Shown: positions 25,549 through 44,300 of the stretch, one piece after another
Layout of the letters: every line of letters begins with the position of its first letter
How positions within the stretch are numbered: the first letter of the stretch is position 1
Source: Lingula anatina
Lineage: Eukaryota > Animalia > Brachiopoda
DNA length: 64,000 bases
Assembly (NCBI GenBank): GCA_051362555.1
Contig: CM120645.1
Coordinates: 11,780,001-11,844,000 of the forward strand
Direction of reading: 5' to 3'
Translations under genes and position numbers: made by a program
Notes under the pieces: generated by a model
Seen by the model: only the letters and a program-made list of their open reading frames with translations
Database searches by the model: none
Told to the model about the DNA's origin: nothing

Positions 25549-27250
25549 ATTTCAATTATTTCGTCATACATTATTTGTGATCCGGAAAAATTAGGAGCTC
25601 TTTGCAGATTATGTTTTGTTTCATACGTAAAGGTTAAATATTTCAGGCGATAAAACGAATTTGGTTCTCAGATTAGTAAATTTAATTCTTATTATTTATC
25701 TTATCGTCATTTGTACCAATACCTACCGTTAATAATGATGCATCCCAGTTGACCTGACAGAATTTTCATTGCCGCGAACCACTGTGAGTCATCAGGAGAA
25801 TATAATGATAACCCACCGGCAACATTAACTGGTGGCAAAACGCACAACACGTTTAATTGTTCAACTAACTTTTTACACGTTTCTGTTATGTAAATTACTT
25901 ATTCAGATTAGTGCAAAAATAAATAAATAATTAAACATTTGTTTTTTTAACATCGTTTCGCAGTCAAAGTAACTGTTACACGAGTTTTTTAAGTGTGCTT
26001 TTTTATAATCTCTTAAGAGATTATGACAGAGTGTGGCTATCACTGAAATTCGTTAATGTCTGGTGGCAAGCGCGGATTCTATAATAATTTCGAGAACTTT
26101 TTTTCGGTGACTAAGTCGATTAACTTATATTTCTATGTGTTGCCTACAATGTATTGCTTGTGACATTTTGAAAAATGGGGCCGGGTTGAAGTCTGTGTGA
26201 AAACTATTACTGGCTTGTGTGTCTGGGCAGTTACAAGGTGGTCTGTCCGTTTGACCTCACCGTGACCTTGCTGAACATCCAGATAACAACAGCCCTCCGA
26301 TATCAAGTGGAAATTTTGTAATAGACTCCCAGCGGGCCATGTGGACAGGGTGTGGGTAATAACTCCTATTACCCGAGGGAAACTTTTTATCCATTTTTGT
26401 GAATCGATACGTTGTGCACATGCAAAGTTGATGAATTCACACCGCCCACAAAAGTCTGTTTGGTGATATGGCACGTGACAAAATTTGTACAAAGTCTGCT
26501 AAGCCAGCTGTTAGAGATGGCACCACCATGCTGATCAACTTATACGCTATCTATCTGTGTTCCAGTCAACATTTACACTTGTTGTAAATAGGGATCTGGT
26601 ATTTTTCGTATGACATTTTGTTTTAACAATACTGACATTTAAAAGGTTTATGTCCAGTGTGTTGATCTCAGGTTGTATACAGTTATATTTTAATGAACCT
26701 CTCTTCATAGTACTGACAGTTAAACAGTTTTTCTCTAGTGTAAATCATTGCCTAAACCAGCTCAGAATTCCATCCAGCATCTTGGTAAGTAGACTTAACT
26801 TGTTATGTTGTTCCTTAAAATGATATAAACGGTTATCACAAATAAAGTGAAGTCTATTTAAGATTTATTTATTGTGATCGAATCTCTTGTTATAACCTCA
26901 AAGATACCTTATAGATACAAAACGGTAGCTTACCTTTTTTTCCGTCATTTTTGTTAAGATAGTACTCTTTTCTTGGAATTGCTTAAAATCGTTTACTAAG
27001 GCTGTATTTCAGACCAATTCTACTTAAGACAGAACGATTCATGATGATCCAATTCCATTATAGGAAGTCATTTAGAACTCAGTCTGGAAGTCTTCTCTAT
27101 CATATGTGGAATTGAATTTAAGTGGCCACTCCGGCAACCCACCTGGCTGGGAAGCCATTGTAATGTAATTGTACATGTATATGTGAAGGTATATAAAGAT
27201 AGAAATAAATATAGGGGTCAGGGATCAGAAGTCAGTACTTCGAGAGGAAT

Positions 27251-27471
27251 CCACCGTCATCGACTCTGTGATCGGTCTGGCCAATGGCGGCTGTGCCCTT
27301 CTGTCCGCTACTGCCGACAGCACCTGCGTACAGCTTGCTGACCAGTACCTTGGCAGCTTCCTGGCTGGTCTGTTCTCTGCCACTGTTGCATCAATGTGCG
27401 CCAACTTGGCACGACTCCTCGTCAACAAGTGCAACAAAGAAACCGTACAAAACTTCGCCGGCTGCCAGCTA
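27251..27471 (+). pseudogene. Peptide family pseudogene (copy L, 5'-truncated)
   Basis: VIDSVIGLANGGCALLSATADSTCVQLADQYLGSF...KCNKETVQNFAG, with a 3' deletion. Shares the 5' junction with E and H. Confidence 0.82.
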
Positions 27472-27599
27472 GAATTGGTTAGAATAATGGTTTATTCGTG
27501 TAAATATTTTATTGGTAGTTATGGTGAAAAAAATAAAGCGTTAATTTTGAATACCTGTCTTTTCTGCTTTCGTTTCTTCGATTAACACCAAAGGTATCT

Positions 27600-27630
<31 letters not shown>

Positions 27631-28237
27631 AGCGCACTCTGTCACTCTGTCTCTGTTCACAAACATAAGATCTTTTTGTTAAATTCTAAGTAAACATCAT
27701 GCGTGTGTTCGTTTCTGCGATAAATCTTTCATTGATAATGATATGAACATTTGATTTTATTACTTTCTAAGCAAATTTACCCATCAGTCACTTTATTAGT
27801 ATTTTCGAGAATGCGTTGACCCTAATATTGATAAGAACGTACTTATGGTTAGGAAATCCCACACAAACCAGGGCAAAATCGTGCCAAATCCCCCGGTGCG
27901 TGGGCATGTGCTCGCTGAAGCTTTATATAGCTACAGCTGACGGTATACTGCGTACTTCGGCAAACTCAGTCAAATACGGCATTCACCAAAGCTTTTTCAA
28001 GGTTTGTTTTTGCTTTTTCTTGCAATGAAAAGTGTAGTTAGGATTTATTGCCTTCAATAATTGGAACCAATAACGACGTACATTTTGTTTCTCACCTCTG
28101 TGATAAGACCTTCCAAAATTAAGATTTGTAAAGCAAAACAAAAACAAAAAATAATTATTTCTATGACTGCAAGGATTTTATGTTCAACCGGCTATTATAT
28201 CATTTTTCGATAGGTTTGTTCTGCACATTCCATTACC

Positions 28238-29105
28238 ATGAAGGTTTTGATCCTAGTTGCTTTGGTTGCCGTGGCAACGGCTAAACCAGCTGACAACTCC
28301 ATTCAGCATCTTGGTAAGTTTTCTAACTTGATTCTCTAATTAATTTTAATTGATTTATAAATCAATGAATTCAGTTGGTGTCATCAACAATTTGCTCTTG
28401 CCTATTTCAAGAACAACTTTAAAACGAATCTCTAAATAGCCTTTTAAGGTGATGGCTTACGAAAAATATCTCCCGATTTTGGAAACGTGGGGTCTCAATA
28501 AAGGAAAAATAATTAAAAATTCAAAAAAAAATTTATATTCATCAATTACTTTCCTCTAACAATTAATTCAAGTCGTTTTTTTTTTTTCTTTCTTTTTTTT
28601 TTTTTTTTTTTTGGAGGGGGGGGGGGTGGCATGTTCCGGTGGGTTTTTTTTCTTATTTTGTCTTCCTCATAAACTTTTCAGGAGTGTATTGTGTTTTGTT
28701 TTTTGATCAAACGTAAATATGATCACAATCTAAGCGAAAATGACCTTTAAAGATAAAATTTTATGAAATATCACCAGTAGGTGTGTTTTTTTTTCAGTCC
28801 GCTCTCTGGCTGAAGAGAAGATTATGAAGAGGGATATCATCAGTGTTGTAGTTAATGCCAATTGCGTATGCGCCATAAACTCCGTGATCGGTCTACCTTA
28901 TGGTGGATGTGACTTTCTTTCCTTTTCTGTCGCCAGCAAATGCAAACAGTGCTTTGGCAGCCACCCCTCTGCTCTGTTCACTCCTCCCTTTACATCCATA
29001 TGCTCCAACTTGGCCAAACTCGCCCTCAACGAGTGCAACAAAGGAACCGTACAAAACCTCGCCGACAGTGTTTGCCCCAAATTTGCCAGCTCAATGATTG
29101 GCTAA
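28238..29105 (+). CDS. Secreted prepropeptide, copy M (eight-Cys variant)
   Basis: Exons 28238-28313 (MKVLILVALVAVATAKPADNSIQHL) and 28798-29105 (VRSLAEEKIMKR/DIISVVVNANCVC...CPKFASSMIG*). Open frame and canonical splice sites. Confidence 0.8.
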
Positions 29106-29358
29106 ATGAACTTTTTTTAAGTTTCCTGTGCCAAAAATACTTGCAAGGAAGACAAAGGAAATACATTTATGATTTGCATAACTTAAACATTGTATGCAAC
29201 AAACTTATCAACTTACCTATTATCGGCTAAATGAACTTTTTGTAAATTTCCTGTGCCAGAAATATATGCAAGAAAGACAATAATTATTAAAAAACATTGA
29301 TGATTTGCATAACGTACATGTTTATTTCAATGTGCGTTACTTAGTGTTTGTGCACGCA

Positions 29359-29399
<41 letters not shown>

Positions 29400-29639
29400 G
29401 TGTCAGTGCGAGAGATAGGGAGAGGATTCTAATTCTATTGTTTGTGGGTTAATATGAAAAGGCGCATACAGAGTATGTTTTAATGTATACGTAAAAGTTA
29501 AAAATATCAAGCAATAAAATGTACCTGGTTCTCAGATTTTCAACATTTTAGAGATTGAAACTATAATCATCGGTACAGTACGGTACAGTCTGGAATTTTA
29601 CGCAGCACCTACCGTTGGCAATACCAAAATAATAATGCA

Positions 29640-30351
29640 TGGCAACAGCTAAACCAGCTGAGAACTCCATTGAGCATCCTGGTATTTAGACTTTTTTCAA
29701 TGATTCCACTTTGTGTAATTAACAATTTTCTCTTACCTATTTCAAAAAAAAAAAAACTTTAAAACAAATCTCTAAATAACTCTTTAAAGTGATGGCTTAC
29801 GGAAAAAATCTCAATTTGGAAACGTGTAGTCTCAAAAAAGGATTAGCAATTAGAAAGTCAGAAAAAATTATATTCATCACTTACTTTCCTCCAAAAATAA
29901 ACCCACTTTTCTTTGCATTACAAAAAGAAAGTCGTTTTTACGAAAGTTTTTTAATTCATTTTTATTTTCTCTTCCTAATTCACTAATCAGGAATAAACCC
30001 GTTTTGTTTTTTATTCGACTGCACATGTAACCTGATCACAAACTTATCAAAAATGAAATTTAAAGATTAATGTTACGACATATCGGAATGGCTGTATGCA
30101 CGTTTTCGAAGCCCGTTCTCTGCCTAATAGGTTATGAAGAGGGGTGTACATAATCAATAACGTCATTGCCGCCATCTTCAAACCCGTCATGGATTCTGTG
30201 ATGGGTGTGACCAATGGCGCATGTGACCAATTGTACTCCTATATCTACAAATTCTGCATAAAGCTTGCTGACCAGTACCTTGGCAACTTCCTCTCTGGTG
30301 TGTTCTCTGTCCCTGCCCCGTGTGTGGGAAAATCGACAATGTCGTTGGTTA
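29640..30351 (+). pseudogene. Peptide family pseudogene (copy N)
   Basis: Partial signal exon (ATAKPAENSIEHP, 29640-29681) and a degenerate mature exon at ~30111-30351 with frameshift, lost Cys1 and a 3' deletion. Confidence 0.78.
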
Positions 30352-30478
30352 GATTACCGGTTTATGTGAAGATTTTATTGGTAGTTATGGTGCAAAAATA
30401 AAATTTTAGCTTAAAATACCCGTTTTTTTTTTTTTTTTTTTTTTTTGCTTTCATGATTAATACTAACAAAAGAGGTCT

Positions 30479-30513
<35 letters not shown>

Positions 30514-31388
30514 CACTCTGTCGCAGTCCACTTATATAATATCCTTAACTTAATCTTCTTGCTCAACTCTAAGTAAGCATCACGCGTGTGCATGTTTCTC
30601 CGATATCTCACTTTGATAACGATATGAACATTTGTTTGGACAATATGACATTAACCCACTGGAGACATTAACCGGTGGCAAAACGCACCATACGTTCAAT
30701 TGGTCAAATAGCTTTTTAGGCATTTCTTTTATGTATATTACTTATTTAGATATTAGTGCAAAAAATTAAACACAGGTTTTTTTAGTAAAACTTTTGCATT
30801 CTGTTTCTCACGTGTCCGATCCGCAACCGCGTGCGCGCGTGTGCGCGTGTGTGTGTTAAAACCTAAATCCCACTTTGTTTCCGATCAACTTAATATATCA
30901 GAACTATCTGTAACTTAAATTTGGACATAGATTGACCTTAAAATTGATATGGGACACAAAATTCACACGTGTCATTTTGGGTTATCATATAAACAGGGAC
31001 AATATCGTGACGAGACAGAGTCCTTGACGCGTGGACAGCTTCACATAGCAAGAACCTTAATTATTAAAGAACCACCGAGGCTCTTAGTATTTACGTCAGC
31101 GGACTTGTTTACCAACTGCAATCGCTTTAAGACCGTTTTCAAGGTTTGTTCATGTTTTAGTAGTCTTTACATAACAGCAACTCACTAGTACACTTTTGCA
31201 AATGTATCGTCTTTATTCGACTGAACCAACGTCTATAATAACAACACAATTTTTGCATTGGCATGCCTACTAAAAGAATTGTGAAATGTTGTATTAAAAA
31301 TTCTCGTAACTCTAAGTTTGGAAGAACTTTGTGTTCAATCAACTGATGTTACATATTTCCAGCAGGTTCGTTCTTCAGACGCCGTACC

Positions 31389-32287
31389 ATGAAGGTTTTG
31401 ATCCTCGTTACTTTGGTTGCTGTAGCAACGACTAAACCAGCTGATACCGCCTTCCAGCATGTTGGTAATTCTTCTTCTGCACTTATAAGAATAAAAGACT
31501 AATATAAAATGCCAAAGCAGCCCTTTTACTTGTAACAGATAACTTATGGCGATTCCATAAAATCCCAGCATCTCCAACAGTTGTCAGCTATCATTATCAA
31601 AATTTGACCGAGCAGCAAACTCAGAATATTTGGGGTCTTAATGAAGGAAAAGGCATTTGAAAGTCAGAAATATTAGTATTCATCGAAAACTTCTCGCCCA
31701 CCACACGCCAACCTGTCTTTGGAATATGAAAAAGAAAAACGTTGTTTCCTGTGATGTCTTATTTTATATATTCCTTTTTTTGTTTGTTTGTTTATTGTTT
31801 GATCTAAACCTTGGGCCCATTACGCACATGTTCAAGTATCAACTTTTTTATGTTTGTCTCTTGCAACGTGAATCTGATCACCACCTTTGGGTGCATGATT
31901 TTCAAATATTTTGAAAAAAAATTATGAAACATAATCATGGCTGTGTGGCCGCTTAATTTTTTTTTCACAGCTCGCTCTCTGGCTGAAGACGAGGTTATGA
32001 AGCGAAGCGTCATGTCTGACGTTGCTTCCGCCATCTGCACCCGCGTCATAAACTCAGTGGATTTTCCAACCCAAACCAGTATGTGTTTTTCCGTGACAGC
32101 ATATGTCTCAAGCACATGTACACTGTATGCTGAAGACAACCTCGGCAACCGCTACAGGCAGTACACTCAAAAGATCCTTTCAATGTGCTCCAACTTGGCC
32201 CAGCGCGCCGTCAGGGAGTGCTACAAAGGCCAGCTACAGAACATAGCCGACAGAGTATGCAAAAATCCTGAAACCTTAATCGGCTAA
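31389..32287 (+). CDS. Secreted six-Cys prepropeptide, divergent intact copy O
   Basis: Exons 31389-31464 (MKVLILVTLVAVATTKPADTAFQHV) and 31971-32287 (ARSLAEDEVMKR/SVMSDVASAIC...CKNPETLIG*). All six Cys are kept. Confidence 0.87.
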
Positions 32288-32400
32288 ATGATATTTTTGT
32301 AGATTTTCTTTGCCATGAATGCTATGGAGATAAAGAGAAATAGATTGATGATTCGCATTTCATTATTTGCGTTAATTTGTGTTTCATGTGCGTTGCTCAA

Positions 32401-32434
<34 letters not shown>

Positions 32435-34071
32435 CGACAGAAATAGTATTTTGGTTTCATGACGTAAATGGTCTATCACAACCCGCCCAAAATGACAGTT
32501 TCTTTTAACAAAGTAAAAAGGACCAGGAGTAATTCAACTTCGAGAAAAAATTATCTTCCATGCATACAAATGCGTACATTTCAAATTGTAATGTTACGCA
32601 TGGTAAAACTCTGACTAGTGCCGTTATTATCTTATTGTGTTCTGCACAAAGTTATACAAAATTATCGACTATAAATTATAGCATGAAAACTAATAATAAG
32701 CTTTACAACCATTAAACACGCCTACGGGCATGGGGAGGGGTTTTCAACGTGTTTCAAAAAAGAGAGACAAAAATCATTTTAGACAGGAAAAGGTGCAGTC
32801 TACATCTATGTTATTATTATGTTTAAAGAATCCATTTTTTTATGAAGAAGCGCCACCTCCTACAGTGTCTCACTACCGCGCGGGTGACGCATGTGTTTCT
32901 TGAATCGCGTGACACTACAGTTAGAAAGTACAATGGATGTATCTGGGAAGAAATTATTCTCCAGACAATTTTGACACCAACAGTTTGACGACCCAGTTGT
33001 GTACATAATATAACATTTATTTTGTACAAACACACTTGTTTCACTCGTCTACATTAATTAAATAACTACAAAAATGTGTACAGTCAATGCTTTTTTTTCT
33101 GACCTAAACGGACTGTAATGTCAGTAAAACCGTTACCTCAAAATGTAAGTCATTCAACACACTGAATGCTAAAAGCAAATCAATCAGCATCAAAACAATG
33201 TTTCACAAATTGATAACACCTTAGGGCAGTGAAAATGGCCTTTTTTTCTTTCTTTCTCATCCAACGTGACACTTGAAATAAAATAGTGATAAAGTGAGAT
33301 ACATATGTATTGTAAACAGTGTAAAGTGGGAATGGCACTGATAATACTGAACAGCATCTTAAAAAGTTTTCAGATTTTTTCTTTCAGTGTTTCTACACAT
33401 CAACTACAGTATCATACAGATTGAAGTACAAGCATATTGCAATGCTCTGCGAAGTTATCTCTTTAAATTGTTTTTTTTTAATTCAAAGATGCTGTTAAAC
33501 ACCTATCAAGATCTCTGACCAATGTTGCTCTCAAAATAGTCTGTTATCTAATTTTTTTTTTTTTTTTTGGCCCCTGTCGAGACTGCATACAGTGCATTTT
33601 AGTCATAACAATATCAATTTTTCACATGAAACCTTCAACATGTTTAACATTCCTTGGTTTTCAGTCTCTGCAAAGCCCCTGCCTCATTGTTCTGGTGGCA
33701 AACTACTGATAAGCTAAGTTGTAACAATACATAATTGGCTAAAAAACGGAGAAAATACAGGTATATGGGGATTTCGGCCAGGGCAGTTGGGGGAGGGGGA
33801 CAGCCAAATACCTACTCTCTAAAATCAGCACTTTAAGGTCGACCAGTTCTTTAAATTAAAAAGTGACCATGTACATGTAGCTTCCTCATTAACCTGATTA
33901 ACTGTAATGACTAGATGCCACTTCATATCATTGCATCTCTGATTATTCATTTTAATGAATAAAATACTTTGTGACTATTTTTAAAAAGCTTTCTATAAAA
34001 ATAAGCAAACCCTTTTAACTCCTACATACTACAATATACTATAATATTACTACCCCCAATGACAATTCTCA

Positions 34072-40829
<6,758 letters not shown>

Positions 40830-41312
40830 AATTTCTCTAAAGTCGACGGTAAAATTAACACAAGTCGTGCCTTTGCGAATAAAACCTCACGTCCGCTTAT
40901 CTTTCCGTTCAATTTGATAAATTACCACATTTACTCTTAAGTTCCGTCAAATATGTGAAAACAATCTAATCCATGTGTTTATATGCCTTTAAACTCGGTC
41001 AAGGTGAAAGGCATGACGTACGTGCCGATAAACCAATCGATTTGTTTTTCGCAAACACACCCCTTTTTCACACAACTGCCCTCTAGCGGCGTCAACGTCA
41101 CCAAATTTATCGCTAGGAGTCCCGAGCCAGGGATAAGAAATTTGTTTCCAGTTAGTTTAAAGGACCAACAAAATATATATAATATTTATATGCTAAAAAT
41201 AAAACGAAGTTGTTTTCCGAGTATAAGGAAACGGAATCTTTGTTTCTACAGCTATCACTGCAGAGGACCGACATTTCTGCGGGGCTGATATGGACCTAGT
41301 TAGGAAAACGGC
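40830..41312. promoter_or_regulatory. Bidirectional promoter shared by CDA and NOC2L
   Basis: Divergent start codons at 40829 (-) and 41313 (+), ~480 bp apart. Locally CpG-richer, with tgacgt-like motifs. Confidence 0.7.
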
Positions 41313-44300
41313 ATGGCATCTGCTAAAAAGAGGTAAGGGATGTTTTTGCCCGTCTTTTTTTGATAAAGAAACTTTAAAACGTTCTTTCCATAGTATGCTC
41401 TTGTCATAAAGTCATGGGCTAATTATTATTCGGTTTGGTTTGTAAGGTCAGATCTTTAGCTCGAAATGGACATTGAATTAAACGTAAGTAAATTTCGCTA
41501 GTACTACCAGTAGTACTACTTGCACATGTACTACATGTAGTACTAACAGACTAATTTTGAATGAAGATTTATACTTAATATCACGCTTGCTGTCGGCCAG
41601 AATATGATCTCAGTTTTGTCCTATTTAAAAAAGAGATGGACAGATGAAACGAAAAAATAACAATGACAAAATAAACTACTGTACATTTCTCATCCCTGTA
41701 GTGCCAACGGGTATGTTTATGTCTCGATCTGAAAAGGCAGATCACATGACAGGACTGAAAGCGAGACTGACTGACAGATAGTTTTTAGCCGGACTTCTAC
41801 ATGAAAAGACGTGCTATCCAAGAAATTAAGAAAGTGACAATTTGGTTCAAGCTAAAGAGCTTTAAAGGTAAGAAACATACTATTACCTTAATTAGAATCC
41901 AAAGGGAATTCTACATTGGCGACGAGGAAGCACGAACTCACGTAGCTTTAGTAAAATTCAAAAAAGAAAAAATTGTGAGGACACGAGGTAAGTGGTGAAA
42001 GCGCCCGTCACTCGTGTATTAGAATTCACTCGGTCAGCGATATAACAATAATATACTGTCAGTAAAAGTGCTGTTAGTATTATTGTGTATTGTGTTAGTG
42101 TTATCTAGGTTGTTTTGTCTTTTTTGAATCTTATTTTTGGGTATTCGTTGTAATTTCGTTCAAAAGTGAACACTATTCTCAAAATGGCGGGTCACGTGGA
42201 TAGATTCTACATCAATTATGCCACTGACCTTCAACTTCAAGACATACCCGGTGTCACATCAGGGCAGGCCCGAATGTTATATTTGTTAAGAGCTCAAAGG
42301 GGTAACTTAACAAAAGATTTGGTAGAGGAATGGTTGGAAGTTCAGTTGTCTCCTTTAGCCCTTAGTGTGATAGACTTTTCCCCTAACCCTCATTTATCGG
42401 GGTCAGCAGATTCTAGGTCATCTTGGATACCAAATTTAGGTCAGAATTGGTTATGGCAATCTGCTAAAAAGTTGTTTAGTTGGGGGAAAAGGAAACCGAC
42501 TGTTTTAAATACAACAAATCCCTTTCAGTCTGTGGCTAAAAATTATGAGACTAGTGAAAGCACTTTTCTCAAAACTCCACCCCAGAGGAGACTTTTTCCA
42601 TCCAACCCTGAGGTTCAAAGGAACTCAACAAACCCTCAATTACAAAATGTTGCTGTCTACCCTGAGGTTCAAAGAAATCCGACTGGTTCAATTTTTCGAA
42701 ATGTTGCTGTCTACCCTGAGGTTCATAGAAATCCGACTGGTTCAAATTTTCAAAATGTTGCTGTCTACCCTGAGGTTCATAGAAATCTGAATGGTCCACA
42801 TTTTCAGAATGTTACATCCAATGTCAACCCTGAGGTTCAAAGGAACTCAAATATACCACATTTGCAAAGTTTTTCAACCAGTGTCAACCCTGAGGTTCAA
42901 AGGAACCAGACTAGTCCACATTTTCAAAATTTTTCAGCCAGTGATAACCCTGAGATTCAAAGGAATCTAATTAACCCTCATTTTCAAAATTTCTCAGCCA
43001 ACCCTGAGGTTCAAAGGAACCAAAATAACCCAATTTTTGTCAATTCAAATTTTGGCACTAATATTGCAAATACACCAGCTTTTCCCATTAACGCAATGGG
43101 AGGGGAGGATTATTATCATTCACAAGAATCCCCCATGCAAATAGATCAACCTACAATTCCAAACATTTCTGCATCTAGACGTATGGTATGCCCCCCTAAA
43201 AATCTAACTTTCAATGGAAAGACAAGCTGGGCAGCCTTTAAACTAGTATTTTTAAGGCACGCAGAAAGAGAGGGTTGGGATTCAAATATGTGCCTGGATG
43301 GACTTTGTTTATGCCTCAGTGGAAAAGCACAAGAGTGTTGTGTAAATGTGACCAAACGGGAAGGCATGTTGACCTACAAGGGCCTCTTAGAAGAATTGGA
43401 GATGTGCTATGGAGAAACGGATACACCAGTGACTGTGCGTTCGCGACTCCATAATTCACTACAGAGTGAAACTGAATCAGTGGATGAATGGGGTGTGCGC
43501 GTTCTAAGGCTCGCGTCACAAGCCTACCCCAGCTTGCCTAAATCATTTGTGGACTCAGAGGCTGTTAACAGATTCTGCGCTGGAATGTTGGATACAGAAG
43601 CTGGACAAGCCATTTACATGCAACGTCCTCAAACCTTACATGAAGCTATGCAATTAGCTAAAATGCATAGAGAACTTAAGGTCACCATGGAAACAAAGAA
43701 GGGGCGCACTATGACCAAAAGGGTTAATAGTGTGACACAACAGCCTGATATGAAAGATGAAAAGTCATCCAGTAATATCTCTGAGATGGTAACTTTTAAA
43801 GAAGAACTAGGAAATGTGCAAAAGGCACTTAAAGAAATAGCACAACAATTGAATCAAAGACCAATGACCAGTGGGGGTGGTGTAATTCAAAGGAATTATA
43901 ACCCCAATCCATCTTATGCAGGTAGAGGACGTGGCAGAGGTAGAGGGTATGTAAATTGTTTTTCCTGCGGAGCTGGAGGTCATTTTGCCAGAGAATGTCC
44001 ATCTAATCCACAGGGAAATGGCAGAGGGTCGGGGAAATAGGCCAACCCTCGACCCATGAATCAACAGGCCCAGACGTCAAGGAAAAGCCCTGCTTTAAGT
44101 CTCTTAAGAAGATGAATTCAGCACCCAGTCATTCCTCTCCATTAAAAGTAATGGAAGGAAATGAAATGTTAATGATGCAGAGAAAGAAAGAAGTCAAAAG
44201 TAAAGAGGGAAAACCAGCACCCAGTCATTCCTCTCCATTAAAAGTAATGGAAGGAGATGAGAATTTAATAATGCAGAGAAACAGAGAAGTCAAAAGTGAC

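Noticed and set aside
41801-41998. 65-aa basic ORF starting in the LTR
   Set aside because: It crosses the LTR/PBS, and splicing from its donor into NOC2L exon 2 would be out of frame (phase 1 vs 2).
42604-43030. Regularly spaced repeats superficially like a CRISPR array
   Set aside because: In-frame coding repeats inside Gag with related spacers, in a eukaryotic context with no cas genes.
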